Assembly: GCA_963762145.1 (NCBI GenBank)
Contig: CAVXJS010000002.1
Coordinates: forward strand, 1 to 45,642
Source: an uncultured Candidatus Rokubacteria bacterium
GTDB taxonomy: Bacteria; Methylomirabilota; Methylomirabilia; Rokubacteriales; CSP1-6
DNA: 45,642 nt
Direction of reading: 5' to 3'
Part shown: in pieces, positions 44,483 to 45,642 of the stretch
Layout: the number at the start of each line of letters is the position of its first letter
Numbering within the stretch: the first letter of the stretch is position 1
The notes under the pieces: generated by a model
The model's input: only the letters and a program-made list of their open reading frames with translations
Databases searched by the model: none
What the model was told of the DNA's origin: nothing
Program-made: the position numbers and the translations under genes

Positions 44483-45280
44483 ATGAGAAACCCAGCCGCG
44501 CCGGTGGAGACGACACCGCTCGGGATGTTCGACAACCCTCGATACGCGAAGCTCGCCCTCGAGCACGCGAAAGCGTGGACGAGCGCCCGACCGTTTCCGC
44601 ACGTCGTGATCGATAATTTCCTGGACGAGGACATCGCGGTCGCGGTGGAGCGCGACTTCCCGCTGCAGGACGACGTGGAGTGGGTCGTGCGCGAGAACAA
44701 GAACAACATCCGTCGCTTCCAGCACGACGAGACGAAGCTCGGGCTGCTCATGCGTCATACGCTGCGCGAGCTGAACTCGCGTCAGTTTCTGCTGTTCGTG
44801 GAGACCCTGACCGGGATCGACAACCTTCTGCCCGACCCCTACTTCATCGGGGGCGGCCCGCATCTGGCCGGCCCGGGCGATTTTCTCAATATCCACGCGG
44901 ACTTCAACTGGCATCACAAGCTCCAGGCCCATCGGCGGGTGAACGTATTGATCTACATGAATCCCGGCTGGCAGGAAGAGTGGGGCGGGCATCTGGAGCT
45001 CTGGGATGGCGCCATGACTCGCTGCGAGCAATCCATCGCGCCGTTCTTCAACCGCATGGTCGCGTTCAAGGTCGCGGATGGATCGAACCACGGCCAGCCG
45101 AAGCCGCTCACGTGCCCGACCGGCGTCTACCGCAAGGCGTTGAACCTGTACTACTACACCACGCATCGTGACGTGGACGAGATAACGGACCCGCACTTCA
45201 CCATGTACAAGACGGCGGCTTCGCCGCACGCGGTGGAGCTGGGCACCGACTATCGGAAGACCGCTGAAGCGGGCAGCTAG
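44483..45280 (+). CDS. 2OG-Fe(II) oxygenase
   Basis: ATG after GAGGAG; PFPHVVIDNFL, GGGPH, IHADFN (HxD), WGGHLELW, FNR, HG, RKALNLYYY. Confidence 0.88.
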   Translation: MRNPAAPVETTPLGMFDNPRYAKLALEHAKAWTSARPFPHVVIDNFLDEDIAVAVERDFPLQDDVEWVVRENKNNIRRFQHDETKLGLLMRHTLRELNSRQFLLFVETLTGIDNLLPDPYFIGGGPHLAGPGDFLNIHADFNWHHKLQAHRRVNVLIYMNPGWQEEWGGHLELWDGAMTRCEQSIAPFFNRMVAFKVADGSNHGQPKPLTCPTGVYRKALNLYYYTTHRDVDEITDPHFTMYKTAASPHAVELGTDYRKTAEAGS

Positions 45281-45642
45281 GTGTCCGCCAGCCCCCTCGT
45301 CAGCGTCGTCACGCCGGTGCACAACGGAGAGGCCTTTCTCTCCGAGTGCATCGAGAGCGTGCTGGCGCAGTCGTACGACAACTGGGAGTACACGATCGTC
45401 AACAACGGCAGCACGGACGGGTCCCTCGCGGTGGCCGAGCGGTACGCGAGCAAGGATTCCCGCGTCCGCGTCATCAGCACCGAACGGCTCCTCGACGTGA
45501 TGGGCAGCCAGAACACCGCCTTCCGGCAGGTATCTCCGAAGGCGGCCTACTGCAAGATGGTCCACGCGGACGACTGGCTATTCCGCGACTGCCTCCGGCA
45601 GATGGTGGATCTGGCCGAGGCTCACCCGACCGTCGGGATCGT
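45281..45642 (+). CDS. GT2 glycosyltransferase, truncated by the window edge (absent from the ORF track)
   Basis: GTG directly after the previous TAG: SASPLVSVVTPVHNGEAFLSECIESVLAQSYDNWEYTIVNNGSTDGS...HADD. Confidence 0.9.
   Translation, partial: MSASPLVSVVTPVHNGEAFLSECIESVLAQSYDNWEYTIVNNGSTDGSLAVAERYASKDSRVRVISTERLLDVMGSQNTAFRQVSPKAAYCKMVHADDWLFRDCLRQMVDLAEAHPTVGI

Overview
High-GC bacterial contig segment (probably a long-read or metagenomic assembly, with many single-base indels, densest in the first ~5.8 kb). Almost the whole window is one surface-glycan super-locus in two divergent arms. Minus arm (33291 to 1): a REC-type sigma54 activator; then a sigma54 promoter, a degenerate GGDEF protein, a second sigma54 activator with a pseudo-receiver, an OPX protein and an outer-membrane beta-barrel. 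A second sigma54 promoter then drives a long EPS operon of the type normally linked to exosortase A/PEP-CTERM. It encodes a priming sugar transferase, Wzc, UDP-HexNAc dehydrogenase, an epimerase-like protein, two deacetylases, WecB, FemAB-like and GNAT proteins, four GT4s, three AsnB-like amidotransferases, GlmS, Wzm/Wzt and an O-antigen-ligase-like protein. Plus arm (33372 to the end): a single-domain receiver; an FkbH-ACP-AAC(3)-(alpha/alpha)6-VOC-ATP-grasp acyl-tailoring module; then a third sigma54 promoter driving rfbF, an SDR, a C-methyltransferase, an aminotransferase, a 2OG oxygenase and a GT2. Most notable: (i) three near-consensus -24/-12 promoters, two of which (13 kb apart, opposite strands) share an IHF site and a 38-bp upstream element at matching spacing, suggesting a two-tier sigma54 cascade possibly gated by c-di-GMP; (ii) an ACP-dependent glyceryl-tailoring module; (iii) several apparent pseudo-enzymes. 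No RNA genes, CRISPR arrays or mobile elements were recognised. All family assignments come from motif recognition by eye, not database searches.
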